From: Raillietiella orientalis
Lineage: Eukaryota
Reading direction: 5' to 3'
NCBI GenBank assembly: GCA_036172245.1
Contig: JAYWIR010000029.1
Coordinates: 2,852,001-2,916,000 of the forward strand
Length of the DNA: 64,000 nucleotides
Made by a program: the position numbers and the translations under genes
Notes under the pieces: model-generated
Database searches by the model: none
Seen by the model: the letters and a program-made list of their open reading frames with translations, nothing else
Told to the model about the DNA's origin: nothing
Part shown: one piece after another, positions 24,401 to 36,400 of the stretch
Position numbering within the stretch: position 1 is the first letter of the stretch
Layout of the letters: each line of letters starts with the position of its first letter

Positions 24401-27400
24401 CTGAACCCGTGAGCTTTCGACAAATGCAAACTGTACACTTACTTTACAGTGCAGGAGATTTTGTACATCTTGAAAACTCCCGGTATGTAAGCTCAAACGT
24501 TGTCTTTCCAAAGCATCTCTTGCCAGTTTTGCCCTTCGTTATCGACAGCAAAGGTTCACATGATACTTTTGACAGAGTTTAATATTCGTATCCTTTCGTC
24601 TTCGCGAAGAATCATTCTTCTTCCAGGCAGAAGATTTCGCTTTTGCCCACTGCGAGAAACATTTCCGTGTTCTCCTGAATATGGGCGACTATTTTGTAAA
24701 GTTGGCCTCTAAAAGCGATGTCTTCAAAGCATCCACAGTGAGCGTGAGCTTCTTCTTGCAGACTCGGAAACGAGATTCCGACCGAAGTTGCTAGGAGAGA
24801 TCCCCAAAATGAAAGTGGGCATGCCTATCAAGAAGTTGGGAAATCTTGGAAAAGAGCATAAAACAACTGTCTCTTCAGAGAAAATAAGAATAACTGAAAA
24901 CGGCGATTTTGCAAAACTCGCTGCTAATTGATCCGAATGGCCACTGGATGCTGAAAAACCGGGATGCATTTCAATTAGGAGAATGGCAGCTGCCGTGGCA
25001 GAGTTCACGTCCAGGTCTCAACGCATGCGGTCTGCCACATTTTCCAGATCGGAGGATATCCAGAATTAAATACGCTGCAAGCTGGAGCGACAGTGAATTC
25101 CGGAACGAACACTGTGAAAGCGAATATCGGTGATGTAGAAAAAAAACAGGTGTTGTCTGGGTTCTGGAAGAAAATGTGGTCCAAGTGCACAATCTTTGGA
25201 ACGAAGTCTCTCCATATACATCGAGAAGACAGCTTTGAACCATTGCGACATGAGTGGGACCAAGAGGAATCTTCAATATAAATGAGACATTTTTGCCGGA
25301 AAAGATGAGAAAAGCGACCGTGAGCGCCTTTCGCAGCCTCTTCGGCAGCCGAGGAAGGATTCTGAAGCTCGGTCTTGCGTGAGCGACCTGCTTCCTGCTG
25401 GTCTAGACTGATTGAAAACACACCTTGGTTGCTTCGGTGGGAGCCAACGTGGCTCAAGTGAGAGAAGAGTCAAGTGAGCTTTAATTGTGATGGCATTGCT
25501 AATTGGATCATTTGCTCACATGCAGCCACGGGTACGTGCAGGAGATGAAAAATAACTACCTCGGTTGAGCTTCAGTGTGAAAAGGCAGATTCAACTACAC
25601 CCATGCAGCATAAAATGGGGCCGTTGTCGGATGGTTGTCCTATGAACAGCCCCGCAGGTTGCTCTTGGAAGGCGATCGACAACGCTGTTCTGTCTTGAAA
25701 ACAATTTTTCCGAGGCACAACCTCATTTCGCTTTTGTCGCAATTTCCCGTCATTTTACATTTTTCCTGCGATATTGGAAAATTAAAGGAGGGATATCAAT
25801 TTGGATCCTTTCCATTATGGAATTGAAAAAAAAATCGAAAATCCATCTGGGGAATTTCGACAAGGAGTCAATCCTGTTGGTTATAACTGAATGAGCGAGC
25901 AGTCGCGGAGGACTGCTGATTGCAAACCATTGCTTGCAAGCAGTGGTTGCTCGTGGTGAATACAATCACAAACCCAGTAAGCGAGTTCCAATGGCAATCC
26001 TTCCGATCATCTTTAATGCTACGAACTTTCTCTATTGACTTGCTGTTCGTGATTCTTCGGACCGTAGGTCAGGCGTCAGGATTTTGCTTTAAGAAATCGC
26101 TGGCGCTTCGCCATCATCAGAAAAATGATTATGCTGACTTCTCCCTGCGCTTTTGAAGGAGATGCGCTTTCTCCCGAATTTTTTGCATTTTCCGATTTCC
26201 ACTGCGATGCTTATTTTTTATTTTTTTTTCCTTGAATCGAATACGTGCTCTCGTAGCAATCGGTCATTGGCTGACGGACTTACCGACTGAGAATCGGTGG
26301 TTGCTGCAAGGGAAACCCACACGATAAGAGAACACCATAAGGGAATGTGGAGAGGCAATCGCTAAGATGCTTCTGAAGTGTGTAATAAGACTGCAGTCAA
26401 CTAGGAACGGAATCAAGTATCAACTGGATGGAAATGGACCATAAGTATAATTTGTTTAGTGAGAGGACGAAGCTGAAAGGAATTCGAAGAATGAGTTAGG
26501 TCGCGAGGGATGCAGAATCCAAGATTGCCCTTGCACTGTGGGTGCATGACTTGGAGACACCTGCATACATCTTTAGATTGCTGATACTTTAAATTTTATT
26601 TTTTTTTACCTTAATGAAGTTTGGGCTACTAGGAAATGACTATTTGAACCAACTTCCTGGGAAACGAAGCCTGGCCATCTTCGCTTCACGAAAGATGCAC
26701 GGGATTCCACCCTCAGAATCCTCATCCATACAAACCTGGAACCCGATCGATACGTATCAAAAGTTAATATTTCTTTACCGCCTAAGTCTCTTGGGTAGAA
26801 ATACCAGGAGTCAGAACAAGGATGTTGTTATGTAATGATATCGAAAAGGCATTTTTTTCAGGTCTCATATAATTTGCTCCGCTGCGTGAGTTGGTTCTTT
26901 CTCGTTTCGCCATCGTTCTGTTCGTTTTTGAATTGACTGCATCCTTTCATTCCACGGACGGACAGCACTTCCTCTCCAAACTCTTGCTTCCTTTCCTTGA
27001 AAACGATTTCCTCATTGTCCTTCCGTCAAAAGATATTCCGGGATGCCTTAATTGAATCCAGGAAATGTGCATGCAGGAATTTCCACCATGAATAAGAAAG
27101 GACTTTTACGTGTTTACCGTTCCCAGCACACCCGTTTGCCCTCATGGCCAGAACGCCATTTTTTTTTATCTTCAGTCGTGCTTACCATCCCCACTGTAAT
27201 GTGGCAATCAATATAACTGCAGAAAGGAAAATTCATTTGTAAATCCAGATGTGAGATCAAAAGAAGTGATGCCATCGAAATGGCTATCCATCGATTCTGT
27301 TTGCTCATCGTTTCAAGAATTCACTACCCGAGTATTACTTAACTCAGGACAGACATGCCTGTCCTTTGAGGCGCTCCGGAGATCTTTGCACATCTGTAAT

Positions 27401-30400
27401 GATGATGTTTTAAATCGTAGCCCGATATCCAAACCACTAGTTCTTTAGTTATCTCGCAATGCCCCAGCTATTTGCATTGCAAAATCTTCAAAACAGGTGG
27501 ACAGACACTCAAGCAGCTCGATACGAAAGGCAATGTGGGTTTTATAAAAGGAACCGTGACAGACTAATAATTATGCAATCTGCCTTTCATCAACTTTTTA
27601 CCTTCAGAATCAGTGCCGATGTTTCCACCAGTGTGCCTTTTTACATGTGCCCCCATAAGACAGAAGTGCCCCCATGGGACATAGGGCAGCCCGATGGCTG
27701 CCATATCCAAGGCACGTTGGATCGTCGTTGCAATTTCCAAGCTATTTTCCAAACTAGCTTTTCAACCACTGCAGTAGTATCCCATCCAGCAGCACTTCCA
27801 TTTCCTGTCAAAATTCTTAATGGGAAAGAAGACCAGGGAAAAAACCACGATACAGTTTTTAAGAAAAGAAGGGGAAAAGCCACGATTTTGACCTTAGCAA
27901 CGTTGGTAATGCCGATCGTCTCCTTGTGGAATGAGAAAACGGAAGATCCGCTTAGCTGAGAAGTTAGCTGAGATGCTCTGGTGCCATTTACTAGAAGGAT
28001 CGGAAGAAGTATTTGTACAGATGAGTTGTTTCGGAATGAACCAAGAACCTCCTGGAAGGAATTCGATACTCATTCTTTTGGCAAAACGAGTTTTCACCAC
28101 AGCATCGGATCTAAACACGAGTAGCTTCGGTGTGACAAATTGCATGGGTACAGCGGCGCAATGGCCCCTTTGAAATTTCCAGACTTATCTCGATCTAAAG
28201 AAGGAAAAATGAGTGCGAAACAAACAGAAAGCACAAAACTGGCCAATAGCTGAAATGGCCACCTTGAAACCCTTTCAGTTGAACGGTTCTTCTTTTTTTG
28301 TTTCCTCATATTTGATTTTATGCTTTTCACCTGTTGGTTTCTTTCTTCCTTTCTTTTTCGAAAGGCATCCTTGCAGAACAGGAAGAGCTCGTAACAGCGA
28401 CGAAAGATGTGTACCATTTGGTCTACATATGTGTGTGTGTGAACCCACAAGCCGGCATTACGCAGAGCACACTACCGCTGGGTGTAACTGCCATGTACAT
28501 AAATTACAGCATTCACGAAATAGCGTCTGCGTACTTAATGGTTCGAAACTCGTGGATGTTTTCATGACGATCCTCCTGAGAATCAGGCAAATCCCAGAGA
28601 AACCGACTTTCTAGCTAATGTGTGCTTACGATGGCACACTTCTTTGCAATCAAACCCACTTCAATGCTGTCACCACATGTAGGTCGACAGACTCACATGG
28701 ATAAATGTTGTAAGCATTCCATAACGAAATCTCTTCGAAAGCTAAGCTAAGCCAACTTGATCGATTAGGAATGCCCTGGTCCAAGCCATGGTATCAGTCA
28801 TGTTAGAATTCTTCAGCGTATCACTCGGGAAAAAAAAAAAAAAACATCCGCTATTCACCAAAGTATATGTGTTTTTGTTCCTGCTTTTCGGGTACCAACC
28901 AGGTTATTATTATCTTGGTAAATGATCTACAGCTTCTTTCTATTTACTTTGGGTGGATTTTTGAATCTTCCTATCGTGGTTATGAACTGAAGCAACACTT
29001 TGCCTTTCCAAGCTTTCATCCTTAACTTTGCTTAATGCAATCAGCAAGATGAAAACGCTCGAGAAAGTTGACTCTGTGAAAATTACCATCACAAATCACA
29101 AATGGCACAGAGCATGTTCACAGCTCGCAGTTGGCGCTCTCATGGCTGTCTGCATGTGGTGGCAACGAGCGACCCTCCGCCTTTTTAACTCGTTCTTCCC
29201 AAAATTCAGGCCTTGACCTCGGAATTTCTGAGATCGATTCTAAAAGCTCCGGTCCTGAGCCACGCTCAGTGCTCGGGTTCATTTCTTGCATACTCTCCGT
29301 ACCAGCCTGATGACCCAGCAGACCATTTTCACAGGGCGATCTCATTGGAAGCATCTCTGTGCCCAATATCGCTTTCTCTTCCCTTGAGATCACTGGAGAT
29401 TATGGGCAGGAGATTTTCTTTTAAAGAAATTGTCTCTAAAAATCCGCAACTTCTTAGTTATTTGTTTCCACTACATCCATGAACATGAGTTGGGAGGAAG
29501 TCCTCGTTCATTGAGAAGGAACACTAATCCACTCTTCTGAGAAAACCGTAAACGTAATAACTGGGTATATTTAGACGAGACCTAGACGGTAACCGACGAA
29601 ATAGCAGTGTAGTGATGAGTGTGATGGAAGCTGTGCTGCTTTCCAATATCATCGTAATGCTCTTGAACAAGAATTTGCGAATTCGATTAAGCGAAAGGCT
29701 TTGATGAAGGTTAAAAAAGAAAGAAAAGAAAAGAACAGCCAAATGAAGAAGGAATGAGGGGAAAGGGTTGCACTATCAGCGTAAAGATGCTGGTCTGCTA
29801 GTGATACTATCTCATTCGATTCAAAAATAAGGAAGCGTTGGCAGCGAGTTAAAGAGATGAGGTGTTCATTTAACAAAATGTTTGATATTCGTTGGTAACT
29901 CACATGTTGGTTGTACATGTTCACTCTCCAGCAGCTGCCCCAGATGATTTGCTCCTTGCGGCTGAATTAAGATAAAGACTTCCGAGTTTCGTCGAAGACA
30001 AACACGGAGAGTTACATTGAACTGCTATATGGGGATTCGAACTTACACGAAGGGATGCTAAGGCCAGCGTCGTCTTAGTTTCATCTAAAATGAAGTGTTC
30101 ATAAAGGACTCTCATGCTTGACCACACTTTAGCAATTGGATTAAAAATGAAGCATGTTTAACCCTTTGGGTGCGGAGCTCATCAGATTTAAACGTTTTGT
30201 GTAAACGGCACGCGAGTCGCAGTTGCCACCTCTGTGGACGGAATGCTTTTTCGCGTACCGCGTGCTCTATCAGAGGTGCCACCGTTTGACTTTATATAAA
30301 GTGCTGATCAAAGTTACTGTTATAACCGTCTATTTACGCCACATCAAATAAAATATTTTCACTTTTTCCAAACAAATTTACTTAAAAATTATAATTCGAA

Positions 30401-33400
30401 TGAATCAATAATTCACCGATTCTGGGTGTGGTACCCCTGAAAACAAAGCTCAATGTATAATCCGGCAGACTTGATACGCGTTGTGTAAGACAGAATAGAG
30501 GAGATGATGTGGGAGGGGAGGGAGGAATCATTTGACCAAATGTAATTAATGACATATCAAAGTAACTAAAAATCACATTAAAATGAGGATACAACACGAT
30601 AACAGACTGTTCCTTAAAGAGAAGTTTAAACATGGAACACAGTGTCAGTACACAGTGGCATTCTTGCCTGCACACTTGACTCATTTTTGTGCAGAGCCAC
30701 GCTCAGCCGTATCTCCCCCTTGTGTTTCTAATGGCTAATAGGCTAAACCACTGGCTACTATGCAAAAACGGTCGCCAATCCATTAACCCTTTGAGTACTT
30801 CACGAGATTGTTTTACGGCTCGAATACTGAGGGGCAGTCATCAGCGACAACGCTCAACGATGATTTGATCCACGCGATGGGCCCATCTCAGCAAGCAGCT
30901 CACTCAGCCAAAATTGACACACGCCTTGGATCTTTTATACTATTTTTGTGACGAATAGGAATTTCAAAACATCTCTCCCTTTTCTTGATCCATCTGTAAT
31001 CACTTTTCGGGAATGAAAAATACTCGGAAACAAAAAGAAAATCCCTAAATCGCGGAATAGACATGGTGTGCTACATTTATTTGGAGGAACGAAACTTCAC
31101 AAACTGGATTCATAGGAAAAGCAAGCACAGGCTTCTTGGCGCAAGCATTTCAACCTGGTTTTCTGCCCAAGATGGAGATCGATAGAGAATGATCTTCCGA
31201 GTACAATCCGTTTAGATTACAAATCTTAAAGGAAAAGCCAACTATCCAAGGTAGGAAACAACTTATTAGCCATCCGCTTCAACACTACCACTGTTCCACA
31301 TTGTGAAGAGCTCTTGAAATGCTTCGGAGCACGAGATAGATGATGTAGCTAACGAGCATATCAAAAGGACTCATTAATTTGATATGCATCACTACTCAAG
31401 TGTTGCAATGCTGTGCTGACTGCGAGTGCGCCGCATTAAAAAGAAAAAAAAAACGATATCAAAGAAGCAAGAGTCGCGAAGTTCGTAACGGATCTTCAAG
31501 GTGATCAATCAACACTGGATCATCTCAGGGATTCGTCAGTATTTTCATTCTCCCCATGGATAGATCGGATTACCTACGCCGACTATTCGTGAATTCCCTC
31601 ACAGGGAACCGAAGTTTGGTGTAGTGTAACCAATTACCAATTACTCTCCAATCATACGCAAGAAATTAAATCTCCAATTATATCATCTTACCACACAGCC
31701 TCCACTCCCTTCCAAGATTTTCCGCCACCTAGCAACAAGGAACCCTACTGTTTTTTGGTGAAAAGACTGCTGGAGTTCCATAGAAGGCGCTCCTTCGTCC
31801 TCACGCTTGTACTTCCGAGCCAGGTGCTCAGCAACCTTTGCCGAGCCGACGGCTCGGCAGCAACGCGTCCTCTTCTCAGTCTTGCGTTTCGGTGCTTGAT
31901 CTTGTGCAAGAAACTAAGAACGTAAGAAACTATGTAACGGACACTTTTGGATGCTGCTGTCACTTAAGCACTCCTTGGCCGCGGATGCCAGGTTTCAGTG
32001 ATAACTTCCTGCTAGGGACATTGTCGACCTCTCCGGATAGTTTCTCCTGCACCCTGCACGTGTTCGAGACTGGAGGTCGGGGAGTAGCTTGTCGTCCGGG
32101 TTGGTGTCCTCAACCTGCACATTCCGGGCAACGTCCAATTGCGATCCTATGGACGGCGCGTTCTCCGAAAACCTTGTTTCTGTCATTTTTCTTTCTTCAG
32201 AAGTTACAGAATAGTTCCATCGTTCCCTCTCCAGCTGCTGCGAAGTCTGCGACTGCTTTGAAGAGCTCCTCTATCATGCTCTGTTGCATGCAGAAATTCC
32301 GACAAGAGGTCCTCAAGGCTGTGTTACCAAAAGGACGAATCGAAAACAATCACTATGGAATTTCATCTGCTTCCGATGACTTCCTGCATGAAAACAAAAT
32401 TTATTTAGTGATCCTAACAATACCGAAAAACTGATTATCAGCGATCTTCAGTGGCACTTTTACTGGGACTACACTGAAGAGTTCAAGCATAAAAGGTATA
32501 TGAATTTGTGGAGGATCAGCACAGAAATGAGATTTCTTACTATTCGACAACTACGGATCAACAATAATGGACCAGAAAATAACTACAGGAATGGGAAATT
32601 CTCTCTCTCGAGAACCTTCACTAATAGTGAAGGTTCTCGAAAGATAGAATCCTAGTTGATGCAGTTATTAACTGCATCAACTAGGATTGAGCATGGCAAG
32701 ATAGGTTTACCAACGACTGAGAATGCAGAGAAAGGATAGAATGAAAGAATTTTCATACAAGGTTATTCTCGAAGGCATTCTTACTTCATAGCACACGAAG
32801 AACGGGCGAAGAAATACTGAGGTGAAGAACAGAATCGCTCTTGCGCTTGCAGCTTATCAAAACATACCGTAAGCGTTAGTACATGTAAGGTGAATTTGCG
32901 TGCAAAAATTTCATTTAGTCATACGATCTGAAAAAGAGGAAGGCTATTCAGAATTGCCATACACGGTGGTGTATGGCAATTCTGAATGCACACGTATAGC
33001 CTAATAATAATCTTTCCAGAAGGAGCATCTGCTTGCAAGCAGATTCCAAAATGTCAGCATAGCTTCCGAAAGCTTTCCGAACAACTCTAAAATGAATGAT
33101 CTGAACTTAAGGTTGTGTTTTGCCATGAAATTGGAACTTTCTCATCTCACCTCACTGCTGCGATAATTGTAAGAAAAGCACCTCGTCTGCTCAAAGGCAG
33201 AATTAAAAATTCTGGATCTTGAGGATAAACTAAATAAATTCTGACATAGTCCATGGTACATTGCAAAGGCACTGGCAGGTCAACATTTTTACTAAGCCTC
33301 TTTCACGTAGCCAACTGAACTCACAAGTGAAGGGACCAGTTGCAGCACCCAACAGGCATTTTCGTCCTTACGATAAACGGAAATCATTGGCATAGATGAA

Positions 33401-36400
33401 AAGCGCGTTGAATCTGTTAGTAATCCCCTAAGAATAGATGCGGTTCCAGAGAGTTTAGGTCATATTTCCAACAGTAGTCTATTAACGATAGAAAGAATGT
33501 CTCTCCTGTAGAGTGACCGATAATGACCAACAAAATGAGAGTGTTTGGCTATGAGATTTGTAAATACATCCATTCGCTTCTTGTTTGCCATTAACCGAAG
33601 GCTGGTCCAGTAAGCACTCTGGCTTTGCTTTGAAGTGAGCGGACAGGGACAACTTTCCTTAAACCAAATTGAAAAGATACCTTCTGTGCCGTGTGCAAAA
33701 TGTGATGATCTGTAAGTTTTTGATGCATACGAAACCAAAATTCTTGATGAGATGGCACAAACGTAATGCACGAGTGATTCTCATGGATGAGGAATTGGAA
33801 AGCCGGGCAGATTAAGTGTTTGGTGTTCGTGGTCCAGTAGAAGAGAAAAAGAGGCGACAGATTTTCAGGGGTCAGGATTTAAATTTCTCCAGCTGTAGCT
33901 ACTGAAGTGCTTTAAACGAAATTGTTTTTTGGTAAAATCATTGCTCCCGAAACTGTAAGATGTCCTCTTAAGGAAAGCCACCGTCGTTCGAAATGCCGGA
34001 GCGCGAGTATCCTGATATCGTCACCCAGGACAGCGGAATGAAGATCCCAGTGGTGCAGGCTTACGCCTTTGGAAAATACATCGGTCATCTTCAGCTGACT
34101 TTCGATGGTAAAGATGAAGTCACACATTTTCAGGGAAAACCTATTCTCCTTGATAATTCCACGAGTGAAGGTAATTCATTCAATCTCTTTTCGATCTTCA
34201 GCCACACTTTGCAGATCCCATTACCAGAGAGCTTCTGAATAAATGGACCTCTATTTTAAATAGGACTTTACAGGAAAACATTGGTTTTGCGCCCAAGCTA
34301 ATTTCAGCGAAAGAATGCCGAGAAAGTGAATGCCCAGTGGGCAATTTGTTAACGGATGCTCTTGTAGACACATTCAAAATGTCACATCCGCCTACCAAGA
34401 TTGCTCTTCTGAACGGTGGATCCATGCAAGGCTATCTCCCTGCAGGTGAGTGATCATTTCCCTCGTCCGTCATCCGATTATTCAACTTTTACAGGCAATA
34501 TCACTTATCAACATCTTCTGAGCTTATTTCCCCATGACAACGAAGTCATGCTCGTCACCATAAGGGGAAGTACACTGAAAGAAATCCTGGAATACTCCGT
34601 CGTGAATTACGAGGTTTCTCGGCGCTGGTACAGGCAGTTTCTGCAAATTGCAGGTATCAAAGATTGAAAATTGAATTAGGCTTTCTATCCCTCTGAATGC
34701 TTTGTCAGAAAGAAAGATCGCCCCCTTTTTTTTTCCCAAAGCACTAAGCAGGACAAAATTGAATTCTAGTCGAAAACGCTTATCAAAGAATCCTTTGGCA
34801 TCTGTTACCAGGAAGACTTCAAGGGAGACCGCCATGAATTTCAGCGTCAATATTTGAGAATGGCTTTAAGTGCAACTCAGAGGAGTTTCGAAAAGGAAGC
34901 AGAGGATACAAATAGAGGGTATAAATCCGGGACCAGCTGCAAGACAGCACAGTCTGCATCAGCGACAGGTCTCTGCTGTCCATCGGAACACGGATCTCTC
35001 ACGGTCTTTGCAAAGAGAGTTGAGAGTTCTCACTTCAAGAGAGTATCCGTATACGTGATGGTCTCCTCACGGTTGGCGGGGTGAAGGACAACACGAAAAA
35101 GCGTGGAGAGTGAAGCTTACAGATGAGAAGTGCGTTCAGCACTTGCTTGTTGACTCATTTACCATTTACTGTACTAAATAGTATTACTGTCAACATGGTA
35201 CGAGTAGAGTTTGCTGTAAACAATGCGTGTAGGAAGGAAAAAAGATAAGGTGCATGGAAAATGTGGCAGAATACTGAATTTCGAACAAGTCTCTGACTCA
35301 CTCTTATTTAATTTGATAGAACATGTCTAAAAGCGTGCTCACGAATAGAAGGCAAAACTTCAGTGAAATCTCTCGATCCATGGTCTGCAAAAACCAACGG
35401 CTAATAAAACGGAGATGTGATTCATGGATAAGGAAAATAGAATGTTTCGACCACGACTCATTATTACAATAAGATCTATAGCTCTTGACAACCTTCTTGT
35501 CAGCTTTAAGTGAAGAAGAAAACAGAAACGAAAATAGGACAGGGAAGTAAATTTCATGGAAATAACCTGAAAGCCTAAAAAGATAAAAGAAAAAAGGGTG
35601 CTCAGATAATTGAAGACCATCGATATCTTCTCTACCCTCCATATCCTGGGCCAGTGCCCCAGTTAGATTATAGTTTATCTAGATAGAAGCTCGAAATCCA
35701 AGGATTTCCAATCGGTCAGAGATCAGAATGCTCAACTGAAGGTTTTGCATATATTTAGAAATATAAAGGACAGTATGAAGACCTATGCTCCTGAGTTTTT
35801 TAAACACGAAGCGGTTTGGTTTCGCTGAATGCTGCGAGACATCCGATAGACTTTTCCATGGAAGAGTTTTCACTAGAAGAAAACAGTGTTAAATGGAAAT
35901 ATCTTTCTTTGGCAACAGGATAAGTGATGGAATTCCAGCTCCGGGAAGTGGACGCTCTTTCGAATACATGGAAGCAGAAATGAATACACAACACATGCGT
36001 GGTGGGTCCGCATTGCACAAGCAAGAAAGTTATCCTCTAGACGAATGGAAAAATGTCAAGAATACGAAGTGATATGGAACTCCAGAAGACTAACTAGGTT
36101 ATGATGGAAAAGCTACTATTTACTCAAAAAAATGTTTGAGTGGTGGGGATCATCGCACTCATATGTTTTGCACTGTCGCCAATATGCAAAAGCTCACTGA
36201 TAAAGAAGAGTTAGCAGCATTAGTAACAAATTAGAAATCTAGGATGCTGGATGTACGTGAGACTAGGATGGCTTTCTCTTGGCTAACTTTCCTAAGGTGA
36301 ATTTTCTGCTTCGATCCTATAGTCTCTCTTGCTTTGATGATCCTTTTAGTGATTAGTCATCTAGAATTTTCTTAAAGGAACACAAATTACGATTATGGAT

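Noticed and set aside
30158..30795. piggyBac-like ends TTAACCCTTTG at 30158 and 30783
   Set aside because: Both are in the same orientation, and no matching AAAGGGTTAA end or transposase was found.
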